This document shows positions 63,426 through 64,000 of a stretch of 64,000 nt of DNA, piece by piece (the first letter of the stretch is position 1; every line of letters starts with the position of its first letter). This DNA is from Candidatus Latescibacterota bacterium (GTDB taxonomy: Bacteria; Latescibacterota; UBA2968; UBA8231), in contig OZ244561.1 in the NCBI GenBank assembly GCA_965217585.1, forward strand, positions 4,736,001 through 4,800,000, written 5' to 3'. Position numbers and translations under genes: made by a program. The notes under the pieces were generated by a model that searched no databases, was not told where the DNA came from, and was given only the letters and a program-made list of their open reading frames with translations.

Positions 63426-64000
63426 TTCCATCGTCCTGCAACCTGCTTATATCGTCGATCGTCGGCAGGACTATATCTGGTTTGTGAGCCTGCCCTTTGC
63501 CGCGGTCTGCTTTGCGCTCGTGTCGGGGCACTACCTGCCGGGGGCGGCGCTGGCGGCGATTGCCTTGTGGGTGACCATCCCCCACCACTTCGTCACTTGG
63601 CTGCGCGTCTATGGCTCGCCTGCGGAGTTCGCCCGCTTCAAGGAGCGCTTCATTCTCGGGCCGGTGCTCTTGGTTGCCTTTGCCTACGGCCTGATCCAGT
63701 GGGCGCCGTTGAGCTTGGTGTTGATCGTTACTTTGTGGGATCACCAGCACAGCTTGATGCAGCAATACGGCTTTGCGCGCGTGTACGATTTCAAGGCCAA
63801 GGCCGGTTCGCCCGCCACGGCCAAGTTTGATCTGGCCTTCAATTGGATCTTCTTTGGCAACATGCTCGTAGTGTCGCCGCTGTTTTCCACGGTCTGGGTG
63901 CGCATGTTGCACGAGTGGCGCTTGCCTATAAGCGCGGAGGCCGTGCAATGGGTACACCAAATTTCGTGGACCATTGCCATTGCCTACGGCCTGATCTACT
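63415..64000 (+). CDS. Uncharacterised His-motif integral membrane protein (runs off the window edge)
   Basis: Absent from the ORF track. Manual translation MANNSIVLQPAYIVDRRQDYIWF...PHHFVTWLRVY...WDHQHSLMQQYGFARVYD stays open to the window end. Confidence 0.75.
   Translation, partial: MANNSIVLQPAYIVDRRQDYIWFVSLPFAAVCFALVSGHYLPGAALAAIALWVTIPHHFVTWLRVYGSPAEFARFKERFILGPVLLVAFAYGLIQWAPLSLVLIVTLWDHQHSLMQQYGFARVYDFKAKAGSPATAKFDLAFNWIFFGNMLVVSPLFSTVWVRMLHEWRLPISAEAVQWVHQISWTIAIAYGLIY

Overview
GC-rich bacterial window with about 50 protein-coding genes. I recognised no rRNA, tRNA, CRISPR array, integrase or transposase. The gene content (FlgD/CTD-like tags, C-terminal WGxIK motifs, expanded FG-GAP/ASPIC-UnbV, TPR, PpiC, PhyH and internalin-like LRR/FN3 proteins) resembles a Latescibacterota/Gemmatimonadota-like, possibly sponge-associated organism; this is inference. 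Main blocks: (i) 1-13.3 kb, catabolic and transport genes; (ii) 13.5-23 kb, an accessory zone with Uma2, a toxin-antitoxin cassette bracketed by a duplicated gene end, a giant FN3-LRR-peptidase protein and a DUF4143-type ATPase; (iii) 23.1-47.2 kb, a ~24 kb co-oriented cell-envelope locus with four paralogous secreted FlgD-Ig proteins ending in Tyr, a WGxIK-tagged protein with a structured leader, a beta-rich outer-membrane candidate, a SurA-like chaperone, a lipoprotein, a degenerate M28-peptidase/FtsX fusion with no ABC ATPase, and two OPT-like membrane proteins; (iv) 47.4-64 kb, an FGE-like/diheme peroxidase pair and repeated ASPIC-UnbV/TPR/PpiC modules interrupted by a nuclease-antitoxin fusion plus RelE. 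The best candidates for an undescribed system are the 24 kb envelope locus and the integrase-free cassette insertions that duplicate the ends of host genes. All family assignments come from motif recognition by eye, not from database searches.
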